A program made the position numbers and the translations under genes. This document shows positions 11,071 through 20,524 of a stretch of DNA of 64,000 nucleotides, in pieces. Location of the stretch: positions 310,001 to 374,000 of the forward strand of contig JAQOWU010000008.1 in the NCBI GenBank assembly GCA_030867685.1. Reading direction: 5' to 3'. The notes below the pieces were generated by a model. That model was not told the DNA's origin and made no database searches. It was given only the letters and a program-made list of their open reading frames with translations. Source of the stretch: Wickerhamiella versatilis. Lineage: Eukaryota. Each line of letters starts with the position of its first letter. Position 1 is the stretch's first letter.

Positions 11071-11444
11071 GATAGTTTAAAAAATCCAAGACGAAACACA
11101 GGCTTTTTATACTGGGAATGAGCAATCTAAAGGACTAATTATAGATGCCGATTTTAAATGCGAACTATGCTGCTTATGTACCGCACTGCTCGAATTATCA
11201 ACAATTCAAATTAGAGGGAGGTTGATCCTCGCCCCACAACAACTACGAATTTACTACCAGCCTTACTTATAGATTTCTCTTGCGACTATATGAATGGCTT
11301 GTCTCAAGCATTAATTAGCTTTCAAGATCGATCTTCTCTTGCCCCTTAACACCCACCTGCAAGTGCAGTAAGCCGGGAGAAAATTATGTGACCCTTCTTC
11401 AATCCGAAACTCTCTAATCTCTTCAATTATATGTGAAGCTAGAC

Positions 11445-13472
11445 TTATTTTTCCGAGGTAGCGGAAATTAGACCTTCTATAACACCGGGATTACTGAGAG
11501 TTGAGAGCTCTCCGAGCTCATCTTGCTTTCCTTGAACAATCTTACGTAGAACACGCCGCATTATCTTACCAGAACGAGTTTTTGGCAAATCATCGACGAC
11601 AAAAACTTTTCGTGGAGATGCGAATGGACCAATCTCTTTACGAACAAGTTGCACCGCAAGACCGCTTGCCTCAGTATTAGAATGGTTACCTGCGGCAATA
11701 CTCTCCTTAAGCCATGGTTCAAGCACGACGAAGGCCATGATTGCTTGGCCTGTGATCTCATCCTCAATACCAACCACTGCAGCTTCAACAACTATAGGCT
11801 TGTTATCCAAGGTGCCTTCGAGGAAGCAAGCTTCTACTTCCGCAGTGGACAGACGATGCCCCGAAACATTAACGACGTCATCCATACGTCCACTTACAAA
11901 AATGAAACCATCTTTATCGATCGCTCCACCATCACCAGGGAAAAAGTGGCCAGGATATGGCTTAAGATAAGTATCTTGGAAGCGGCCGTAGTCGCCCGCG
12001 ATCGTACGAGCCATCGAGGGCCATGGTTGTGAGATAGCTAGTACACCCTCTGCAGGACGTTGAGTTTCGACCACACCAGTAACCGGATCAATAATCTCCA
12101 TCTTGATACCGAAGAAAGGGAACCCGGCAGCTCCAGGCTTCATTGGAGTAACACCAGGGAAACTTGATGCCAGAATTGAACCAGACTCAGTAAGCCAATA
12201 AGTATCACAGAGCGAACATTTACCACGGCCGACATTCTCATAATACCATTCCCAAACTTCTTCAGCTATAGGCTCACCGACACTGCCCAGCGTTCGTAGG
12301 CTAGAAAACTTATAGGGCTTGATGATGTCTTCTCCATACTTGCGCAGTAGACGCAATGCAGTAGGGGCAGTATAGAACTGCGTAACATCGTATTTATCTA
12401 TAATATCCCAGTAGCGAGTTGGGGTAGGATAGACGGGAGTAGACTCAAAAATAACCGTGGTGGCACCATTCAGAAGAGGACCATAGACGGCATATGTGTG
12501 CCCAGTGATCCAACCAATGTCACCACTAGTGAACATAACGTCCTCAGAGCTCACACCGAATATGTGCTTTGTCGTCAGCAAGGCACCCAAGAGATATCCA
12601 GCTGTGCTGTGTTGCATACCTTTTGGCTTCCCTGTTGAGCCCGAGGTATATAGCAAAAACAGAGGGTGTTCAGAGTCAACGGGAGTAGGTGGTACATATG
12701 GTTTATACTTCGAAATTGTAGTGTCGTAGTCAATGTCGCGGCCTTCAACCCATGCACATTTACCAGGCGAACGTTGGACCAGGATGACATTACGGACATC
12801 TGGACACTCCTTTAAGGCTGTGTCAACAATCTCTTTGGTCTTTACTACCTTTGTTGCGCGGAACCCGAAATCGGTACTTATAACCACTTTTGATTTGGCA
12901 TTAAGAACACGATCCCTGAGAGCGCCTGGACTAAAACCGGCAAATACACATGAATGTACAGCACCGATACGCAATATCGCCATTATGGAGATAATAGCCT
13001 CAGGGATCATCGGCAAGTAAATGGTAACGACATCACCAGCTTTTACTCCTAGGTCTAGCAAAGCTTGTGATAGTTTGCAAACACGCTCGAGTAGTTGGCC
13101 ATAAGTGAGTTGGTATCCCTGATCAGGTTCATCGCCTTCATATATTATCGCAGGTTTGGATGGGTTTTTAAAGGCATGTCGATCAACACAGTTGTAACAC
13201 GCGTTTAGCCAACCATTTATAAACCAGGTAGGTGAATTCGCTAGATTTCCTCCACTGCCTGGATAAAGGGCTTGGTCGAAAGGACGAATCCAATCCAGCT
13301 GCTCTCTAGCGATATCTCCGAAAAAGCCTGCTGGGTCATCGATGCTGCGCTGATACAGAGCTTTGTACTGCTCCATTGACCGAACATGGTCTGGTTTGTC
13401 CGCTGGCAACGCGGATGCCGGGGGTTCTACCGTTTTGACATGCAAAAGCTTCTCGTTATCCAACTGACCCAT
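11445..13472 (-). CDS. ACS: Acetyl-CoA synthetase (ACS2-like, no obvious PTS1)
   Basis: LYTSGSTGKPKG, DIGWITGHTY, SGHRLSTAEVE, LPKTRSGKIMRR. Confidence 0.95.
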   Translation of the reverse strand: MGQLDNEKLLHVKTVEPPASALPADKPDHVRSMEQYKALYQRSIDDPAGFFGDIAREQLDWIRPFDQALYPGSGGNLANSPTWFINGWLNACYNCVDRHAFKNPSKPAIIYEGDEPDQGYQLTYGQLLERVCKLSQALLDLGVKAGDVVTIYLPMIPEAIISIMAILRIGAVHSCVFAGFSPGALRDRVLNAKSKVVISTDFGFRATKVVKTKEIVDTALKECPDVRNVILVQRSPGKCAWVEGRDIDYDTTISKYKPYVPPTPVDSEHPLFLLYTSGSTGKPKGMQHSTAGYLLGALLTTKHIFGVSSEDVMFTSGDIGWITGHTYAVYGPLLNGATTVIFESTPVYPTPTRYWDIIDKYDVTQFYTAPTALRLLRKYGEDIIKPYKFSSLRTLGSVGEPIAEEVWEWYYENVGRGKCSLCDTYWLTESGSILASSFPGVTPMKPGAAGFPFFGIKMEIIDPVTGVVETQRPAEGVLAISQPWPSMARTIAGDYGRFQDTYLKPYPGHFFPGDGGAIDKDGFIFVSGRMDDVVNVSGHRLSTAEVEACFLEGTLDNKPIVVEAAVVGIEDEITGQAIMAFVVLEPWLKESIAAGNHSNTEASGLAVQLVRKEIGPFASPRKVFVVDDLPKTRSGKIMRRVLRKIVQGKQDELGELSTLSNPGVIEGLISATSEK

Positions 13473-14234
13473 GATAGAGAGCGGTACGGTTGGGGGCTAA
13501 GTGTGTCAGCGGTGTTGAGTTAATCACATAGCCGAGTGAGGATTTGATAGTTACTATTATATGGGTATGTACTAGGTAAATTGTGGGAATTTCGACTGAA
13601 ATCGGGTTCGGAGATCACACGCACACTACAGTGCCCCTTTTTTTTCCAAGAAGAGTGGAAAAAATACACTGGTCGGCCGAGAACGGTAATCCTCAACAGT
13701 GTCTTCGTCAGCAGCTCACAAGCTTCATTTAGGCAGAGCGAAAAAATTATTTACCTACCGAGAGCTTAGATACATGACTATCATCAGTGCATGAATTTAG
13801 TATCTAGCCGACCAACCCTCCAGCTCGTAAAGCTCGAGGAGCTAGTAGCCAGGTAAGCATAAACCTAGACCCGGTGGAGATAGGGTAACGCGTATTAGAA
13901 TACACGTAATTGGGTACGCGATACTGGATGATGAAAATCTCTCTATAGGTGACAGCGAATACTGAGTTCACACGCTGTTAAAAGGGATTCATGTGGTCGT
14001 TCATTCCGAGCATTGCGGCTTTCACTCGTCAATGCTGTCTTTAGAAAATAAATCACACTCTAGTTGATATAGCCATAATCGTGTGGTGGAACTATCCATA
14101 CGTATATAATGTTATCGAGTAAAAGAAACACGATACGCGAAGCCCCAAAACTCAACGAGACCCAAGTGTCCAACTGCTTATTTCAGATTTGCTTTAGCAG
14201 GGACATTCTATTGTAGTCAGCATATTCGGTTGAG

Positions 14235-15044
14235 ATGTACGCCGATCCACTAGCAGCCTGGAAACCGCAGTGGCCAGAGTGGGTTACGGCTCCAATATTG
14301 TCGTTGGGATTGACAAAGCTCCCAGATCATCTTCATGAAGTGATATTGTTTGCAGTGTTCTATGAATTGATATTTTGTGTGTCTAGTCTGGTTTCACCCC
14401 ACCTAGTGCCTGAGTACCGCAATCTTAGTCCTCGAACCAAGTACAATTTTGATATGCATGTTGCATCGCATGTAAATGCGATACTTTTGTGCGCCCTTTC
14501 TTTCCCTATGCTAGGCGGTGACCCAAATCTTACGACTCTAACGAGCTACACACCATGGGCAGGGTTGTTATGTGCTTCTGCTGTTGGATATTTTATTTGG
14601 GATACTTGGGTTTCCTCCAAGCATTGTTCACTATTTGGAATGGGCTTCGTTCTTCATGCCGTCGCGGCGCTGATCACATTTTTGCAAGCATTTTATCCAT
14701 TCATGCTTAACTATGCTGCTCCATTTGTTTGGTTCGAGGCATCAACTCCATTCGTGAACATTCACTGGTTTGCAACTCATGTTAAGGGCCTCGTGAGTGA
14801 GCGATACTACAAAATTAACGGATTGGGACTTTTAACAGTGTTTTTCCTCTGTCGTATTCTGTCAGGGCCTATCAACGGGATTAAGATGTTTCGAGAGGCT
14901 TTTACTACTGAGCTTCCTGGCGTGCCAACTTGGGCGATTATCGTCGTGCTAACTTGTTACCTAAGTTTGGTATTTCTAAATTTCTTCTGGTTTTCCAAGA
15001 TGATTCGAATCGCCTTAAAATCGGTTTCTAAAAAAAGAGAATAA
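14235..15044 (+). CDS. TLC-domain (TRAM/LAG1/CLN8) membrane protein, Tda4-like
   Basis: Multi-TM; GYFIWD, FVLHA, FEASTPFVNIHWF, LNFFWFSKMI; C-terminal KKxx. Confidence 0.85.
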   Translation: MYADPLAAWKPQWPEWVTAPILSLGLTKLPDHLHEVILFAVFYELIFCVSSLVSPHLVPEYRNLSPRTKYNFDMHVASHVNAILLCALSFPMLGGDPNLTTLTSYTPWAGLLCASAVGYFIWDTWVSSKHCSLFGMGFVLHAVAALITFLQAFYPFMLNYAAPFVWFEASTPFVNIHWFATHVKGLVSERYYKINGLGLLTVFFLCRILSGPINGIKMFREAFTTELPGVPTWAIIVVLTCYLSLVFLNFFWFSKMIRIALKSVSKKRE

Positions 15045-15049
15045 TGCGT

Positions 15050-15604
15050 TTAAAATTCGACACTCTTTTTAGCATTGAGGTATGCTGGGCGATCAATACT
15101 GCGCTTAGCAACTTCGATGTCTGTTCGAATATCTTGAATTAGATCATCCAGTGAATTATAGGATTGTTCTGGCCGGATGAAGCCAAGAACAGCTACTTTA
15201 ATTGCACAGCCATAGAAATTTTCGGTAAATCTATGAAGTATGTGTACCTCTGCACTCTTTTCCTTGTTCCCATAGTACGGGTTCCAGCCAATACTCATGA
15301 CCATGGGGAATGGGATTCCATCCTCACTAGACAGTAACTCACTTCCGAAATTGAATTCAATATTACGGCCTCGTGTCGATATCGTGTCAGACTCCAATTT
15401 AGGATTATGACGATGAACGGCCGCCCAGCCAAAGTACACGCCGGCGTCCAAATTGGCTAGCGTACCAGGTGGTATATTTGCGGTCGGTATACCTAATTCT
15501 GAGCTTCCCCTCCCAAATCCTGCTGTCACAGACGTATCCACCACAATTGGATAAGGCGGGGCTGGCTCATCTCCACCAACGATCTGAGGTCTCTGAGCCG
15601 ACAT
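15050..15604 (-). CDS. FMN1: Riboflavin kinase
   Basis: GFGRGSSELGIPTAN, GVYFGWA, MVMSIGWNPYY, EVHILH, GFIRPE; first ATG at 15604. Confidence 0.95.
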   Translation of the reverse strand: MSAQRPQIVGGDEPAPPYPIVVDTSVTAGFGRGSSELGIPTANIPPGTLANLDAGVYFGWAAVHRHNPKLESDTISTRGRNIEFNFGSELLSSEDGIPFPMVMSIGWNPYYGNKEKSAEVHILHRFTENFYGCAIKVAVLGFIRPEQSYNSLDDLIQDIRTDIEVAKRSIDRPAYLNAKKSVEF

Positions 15605-16038
15605 CAATCCAGATTCGATCCCTTGATGACGTAATGTGACGTCACTCTAACCTCTAGACATACGCGCGCTTATGAACCTTCGTAAAACCTCTTAGATTCA
15701 CTAACTATATACTTTTTCATTCGGGTCTTTGTTCTGCAGAACTTCGTGGCAGTGTATACCCTAACCTGTAAGTATTACTTCAGATAGTCTCATCTGAGAC
15801 TTGCTAGACCTATAATCTACAAGTAATCGTGTGCAGAATGTGCCATTTCTGGGAAACTTTTCCATAACTGGAATCTGCTGGACTAGCCCTAATCGTCCCC
15901 CACGGCAAATTTGGTCACACGATTGTGTATATGGGTAAGGGTTGGAGGCGGTGTCCCAATGCCCAAACTTGTTACCTCCGAGGATTTACCTAAGTCTGAC
16001 CGGAGCTCCCATCTAACCCACACGACCAACACGAACCA

Positions 16039-16839
16039 ATGTTAGGAGTTTTTCATCACTGGTGGCTCCCTATTCTTTCTGGTGTTATATGGTGGGCAAT
16101 GCTTATCTCCTTGCTTTCTATATGGGGGAATGAAGGTAGACCTAACTACTCGTGGATGAACAAGCCACAACAGAAGATTCTGTATATTTCGGATATTGCG
16201 GGCAATTCCTGGAAAGCACAATCTGTTTTTATCGGATGCGCAGCTACACAGGGTGCATTTTTTGTTTTGTCCCTTGCGTCGGAGCGATGGCTCCGACACC
16301 TGGGGCGTTTGCGTCCCAATCACAGGACTGCTGGAAAAGTTTTAAGTGGTTTTTCAATTGGATGGGCTGTAATTGGAGAACTAGGAATTTTATTTGTATC
16401 AATTTTTAATACCAGAAAGTATCATGAACAGCATGCACATCTACTAGTTGTGTTCATTGTCTTTTTGGGACTCAGCGCTTTGTCAAGCGTAGCTGAGTAC
16501 TTCTACTTGGATATTGATCATCAACATAAAAGGCACATCATCGTATCGCTTTCTGCCAAGATTTGCTGGTTCCTCATGGAATTGGTAATTGCTATTGCCT
16601 TTGTATGCACGATTCATACGAACATAAACGCTAGCGCTGTTCTCGAGTGGATGATATCTTTTGTTTATCCGTTTTATTCGCTCGTGCTTGCATATGATCT
16701 CTGGCCAGCATACAATAAGAAGAAGGGTCATTATCCGAAATACAATGAATTTTCTAAGTATCCGGCAGATCCGGATCAGGTGACTCTTGAAAATTTTAGT
16801 GACTCCACTACCCTTGATACTTATCATGAGAAGCTCTAA
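16039..16839 (+). CDS. SFK1: Sfk1 / Frag1-DRAM family membrane protein
   Basis: Six TM segments, YISDIAG, ERWLRHLGRL, SAVLEW. Confidence 0.8.
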   Translation: MLGVFHHWWLPILSGVIWWAMLISLLSIWGNEGRPNYSWMNKPQQKILYISDIAGNSWKAQSVFIGCAATQGAFFVLSLASERWLRHLGRLRPNHRTAGKVLSGFSIGWAVIGELGILFVSIFNTRKYHEQHAHLLVVFIVFLGLSALSSVAEYFYLDIDHQHKRHIIVSLSAKICWFLMELVIAIAFVCTIHTNINASAVLEWMISFVYPFYSLVLAYDLWPAYNKKKGHYPKYNEFSKYPADPDQVTLENFSDSTTLDTYHEKL

Positions 16840-17104
16840 TCGCTCATTAAAGCACAAGTAAGTAACTATTTATCTGTTAGTCGGTAGCAGTTATAAATGA
16901 TATTATTTTGATCTGTTGAGTTATTTCTTTATTATTTCGCGTTTAAATTTTAGGAAAAGAGTATTGGGTGCAGTAGTGACGGCCATAAAACTTTCTGGTT
17001 GAAGAAAGAAAGTGGTTAAAATAGGACTAACTTTAATGATCATTGCTAGATTCTTAAATGTTTAGGAAGCTCTTTGAATACCATCTAGTCGAATCTTGAA
17101 TTCC

Positions 17105-18565
17105 TCAATGAAACTTGTACTCTACAAAGCAAGCACCGCTTCCTGGCCGAGACTCGATGAGAGCTTCTGCGGGAGCATTAGGATATTTCACTGCATAATA
17201 CTCCTTAAGGATAGCTTCCTTCACAGCAGCTACTCTCGAGCGAGGTACCAGATGCACAACACATCCACCCCAACCGGCACCAGTCACACGCGACCCCAAA
17301 GAGCCAGCTCTACGAGCAATCTTTACAAGTTCATCAACATCTGGATGCGAATTTTCATATTGATATTGCGCACTCCAATGTGACGCATTTATTAATGCCG
17401 CAAGTTGGCTTGCGCAATCCTTATTACCCGATTTCAAGATATTGATAAACTCGTATACTCTTGCTGCTTCTTCAAACACATGCTTGGCCCTAAGCCACAG
17501 TTTCAACTTTTCGAAACGTACTGGGAACTGGGTCATATACTTTTGTCGGAATTCAGAATCACTAAGTCCAAGAACTTCGGCAACTTCTTGTGCTGTCCAG
17601 TCTCCAGGACGCTTTAGAATCGGGAGAGCATCATTAACTGCCTGTATGCACTTATCGATTGTAATTCCTTTTCCATAGGCAGCTTCAACCAAGCCATGCA
17701 GAGTTCCAGCCTGAAGATTACCATCTTGAGGAATCTCAACTCCCATTTTCTTCGCGAGTACGTTCGCAGCCAGAGTATCCTCAACAACTCTTAGGTTATA
17801 GTGGACAGGCCCGGATTCAAACTTATTCACAACAACAAGCGAGTTGGATACAAGGAACACTAGCGGATCATCAAGCGCGGGGAATGCGAAAGGCTCCACA
17901 CCGAAGGTAGGACGAAAATTGACTAGCATACCATGGTCCTTCTCACCAAATATTGATGCAGCCTGATCCATACCACCGCTATTCACACCGACTAACTGTT
18001 CACAGGTAGTCGAGAGAGCCTGCAACGTTTCCGGTTCAACATCAACCCCATTAGCCCTCAAAACAGCGGCTGTACCAGAAACAACGAATGCTGCGCTAGA
18101 GCTAAGACCACCTCCTGATGGCACATTACCGTCAAGAGCCAACTTTAACCCAACGGGCTTGAATGAAGGGTTCTGTTTGACAAGATATTTGGAGGCGGCG
18201 ATTACGCAGGTTTTAAAATAGTCACCCCATGTAACATTGTCACTATCAATAGAAATATCTGTTCCATTGCCAACTAAATCAAAATTTTTGTCTGGAAAGT
18301 CTTTTGAGTCCAGGTTTGTCAAATGAACTTGAGGCTCAGTCACTGCCTTGACAGCCATAACCATATCGTTACTTAGAGCTGCCGGAAATACCGAAAATAG
18401 TTCGTAGTCAATATGCTCACCAATCACGTTAACACGTCCTGGTGCTCTCACATAGAAATCTGGTTCGTCGCCAAATTTCTCAATGAATCTTTTCGTGAGA
18501 CGCTCATAACGTTCCTCCGCCGCGGGGGCATCAAAATATGTTCTTTGAATTGTCTGATGTTTCAT
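17105..18565 (-). CDS. GAL1: Galactokinase
   Basis: APGRVNVIGEHIDY, PSGGGLSSSAA, SGGMDQAAS, GSRVTGAGWGGC. Confidence 0.95.
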   Translation of the reverse strand: MKHQTIQRTYFDAPAAEERYERLTKRFIEKFGDEPDFYVRAPGRVNVIGEHIDYELFSVFPAALSNDMVMAVKAVTEPQVHLTNLDSKDFPDKNFDLVGNGTDISIDSDNVTWGDYFKTCVIAASKYLVKQNPSFKPVGLKLALDGNVPSGGGLSSSAAFVVSGTAAVLRANGVDVEPETLQALSTTCEQLVGVNSGGMDQAASIFGEKDHGMLVNFRPTFGVEPFAFPALDDPLVFLVSNSLVVVNKFESGPVHYNLRVVEDTLAANVLAKKMGVEIPQDGNLQAGTLHGLVEAAYGKGITIDKCIQAVNDALPILKRPGDWTAQEVAEVLGLSDSEFRQKYMTQFPVRFEKLKLWLRAKHVFEEAARVYEFINILKSGNKDCASQLAALINASHWSAQYQYENSHPDVDELVKIARRAGSLGSRVTGAGWGGCVVHLVPRSRVAAVKEAILKEYYAVKYPNAPAEALIESRPGSGACFVEYKFH

Positions 18566-18661
18566 CACGTAAATTTATTGAAACTATTCAATATCGGTGA
18601 AACAGAAAAAGGAGGGGGGGATGATATATCTCACTATGGGTAAGGGTTTACTAGTGCGGCA

Positions 18662-20423
18662 CTACGAGGAGCACGAGCAAAGGTTTCCACGCCGATACTT
18701 AGGTGATTCCTCAAAATACTGAGACCATCCTTCAATATTTTTAGGTTTATCAAATGGGTTCAAAACAAAATCAGCCACAGTGTAAAACTTACTCCAGTCG
18801 TCGTGGTCAATGCCTTCAAGCAAATCCTCAAATATCCAATTTTCTGGCACAAATGCTGGATTTATTGACGACATCTGATTCCGCCGTGCCTCATCTTCAG
18901 TCACGCCGTTTGCCTCGAGTGCTTTTTTATAATCCCCCACAAATCCCCGCATTTTTTCAATCGCCGCATCTTGCCCGATTGAAGGTGGATCCTTAGAAAG
19001 TAACGCTTCAACAGGAGTTTCTTGATCACAAAAGAGGGAAAACTCACTTAATTTGCGGAAGAAATGGTTATAATCGACTTCGCAATGTGCCATAGTGTCC
19101 AGGGTTAGGGACAGCAGATTTTCGTCTACCCGAGGTAAACCCAACCGCAGGCACATTAGACGATTATACTCGCTTGCATAAGTCTCTTGAAACTCCTGCG
19201 ATAAATTCATGATTAACGATACGGCATGATCAGCCACTCGTTTTCGATCGTCTATTGGTGTTGTATTGGTCTTCTTAAATTCTGTAGAATCGACGTTTTC
19301 CCCTTGGCCCATAAGCTCGCCTAAGGCCTCGCCCAGACGTACGCAGTTCCACCACATGACCTTTGGAACATTTTCAAATCCATAGCGTCTTATTATATCG
19401 TCATGATTCGGGGTATATTTAGGATCAAATGTCTCCATAAAAGCGAAAGGCCCATAGTCCATACTTAGACCCAGAATAGATATATTGTCAGTGTTCAGTA
19501 CACCATTTAAGAATCCATATGCCTGGCATTTCGCTATCATGCGAATGTTAGCTAGGCTGGCAGCCCGCCAGAGGTGGTAGTATCTATTTTTTTCTGTCGT
19601 ACTCTCCGGCAAATCTGTGAAGTGTTCTGTGATGCAATAATCGGCAAGCTTTCGCAATTCGTTTGACTCTTGTCGGGAATGATATAAGTCAAAAGTGCCA
19701 AATCGCACCCACGAGGGGGCGAACCGAGCAACTATTGCAGCTGGCTCAATATGGCTACGGGTTGCCTCGGTACCAGGAAGCTCTATGAGGGCTAAGGCCC
19801 GAGTAGTGGGTATTCCGATTGCATTAAGATACTCAGATATTAATGCCTCTCGTACACTCGCCTTAAGAATGGCTTTACCATCGGCGAAACGTGAGTAAGG
19901 AGTTAAGCCAGCACCCTTGAGCTGTATTTCTTGTCCATTGATGTTAAATAGTGTGACAGCACGCCCATCACCTAATTGACCTGCCCAACTACCAAATTGA
20001 TAACCCGCATAATTCATAGCCCACGGATAGAGGCCTTTGGAGGAGTTCTTCAACACCTCTGTACCGGACAGAACTGCAGCAAATTGTGGATCATCAACTA
20101 GATCTTGTGGCAGATCTAGATCTATCAACGCTTTTGGCGACACCCAGCGCATATGATAGTCAGGCCGAATTTCTGGTGCTACCCAAGTAAATGATCCCTG
20201 AACCCTACGCATTTTTCTCAGTCCACTCTCTGGTGCGGTCTCAGACAAGTCAATTGAGGGAATCATGCTATCAGGAGTCATCCAGCGGGTAAAACTGGAT
20301 GGTTTCGCCAATTTTGCTAGCATTCTATAAAACAACAATATTAGTAATCACCGGGGTCCAGAAAGAGTTAAGAAGAACTTACTCAACGGTTTGTAAATAT
20401 ATCCAATCGCCACATAAAGTCAT
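18662..20423 (-). CDS. FMP40: SelO-family protein AMPylase (mitochondrial); probable short first exon 20383-20423, otherwise starts at ATG 20323
   Basis: YAGYQFGSWAGQLGDGRA, QLKGAGLTPYSRFADG, GVLNTDN, DYGPFAF, C-terminal CSCSS. Confidence 0.92.
20325..20382 (-). other. Spliceosomal intron (58 nt) at the 5' end of FMP40
   Basis: GTAAGT donor, TACTAAT branch, TTTTATAG acceptor; splicing joins ATG 20423 in frame. Confidence 0.7.
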
Positions 20424-20524
20424 GTGAATTTTAATTTACATCTCAACTTGTGTTATATATTAAAGCAAACAAAAAATATCTCTATCATTAATGCTCAGCG
20501 CAATATTAGATCTAAAACGTTTAA

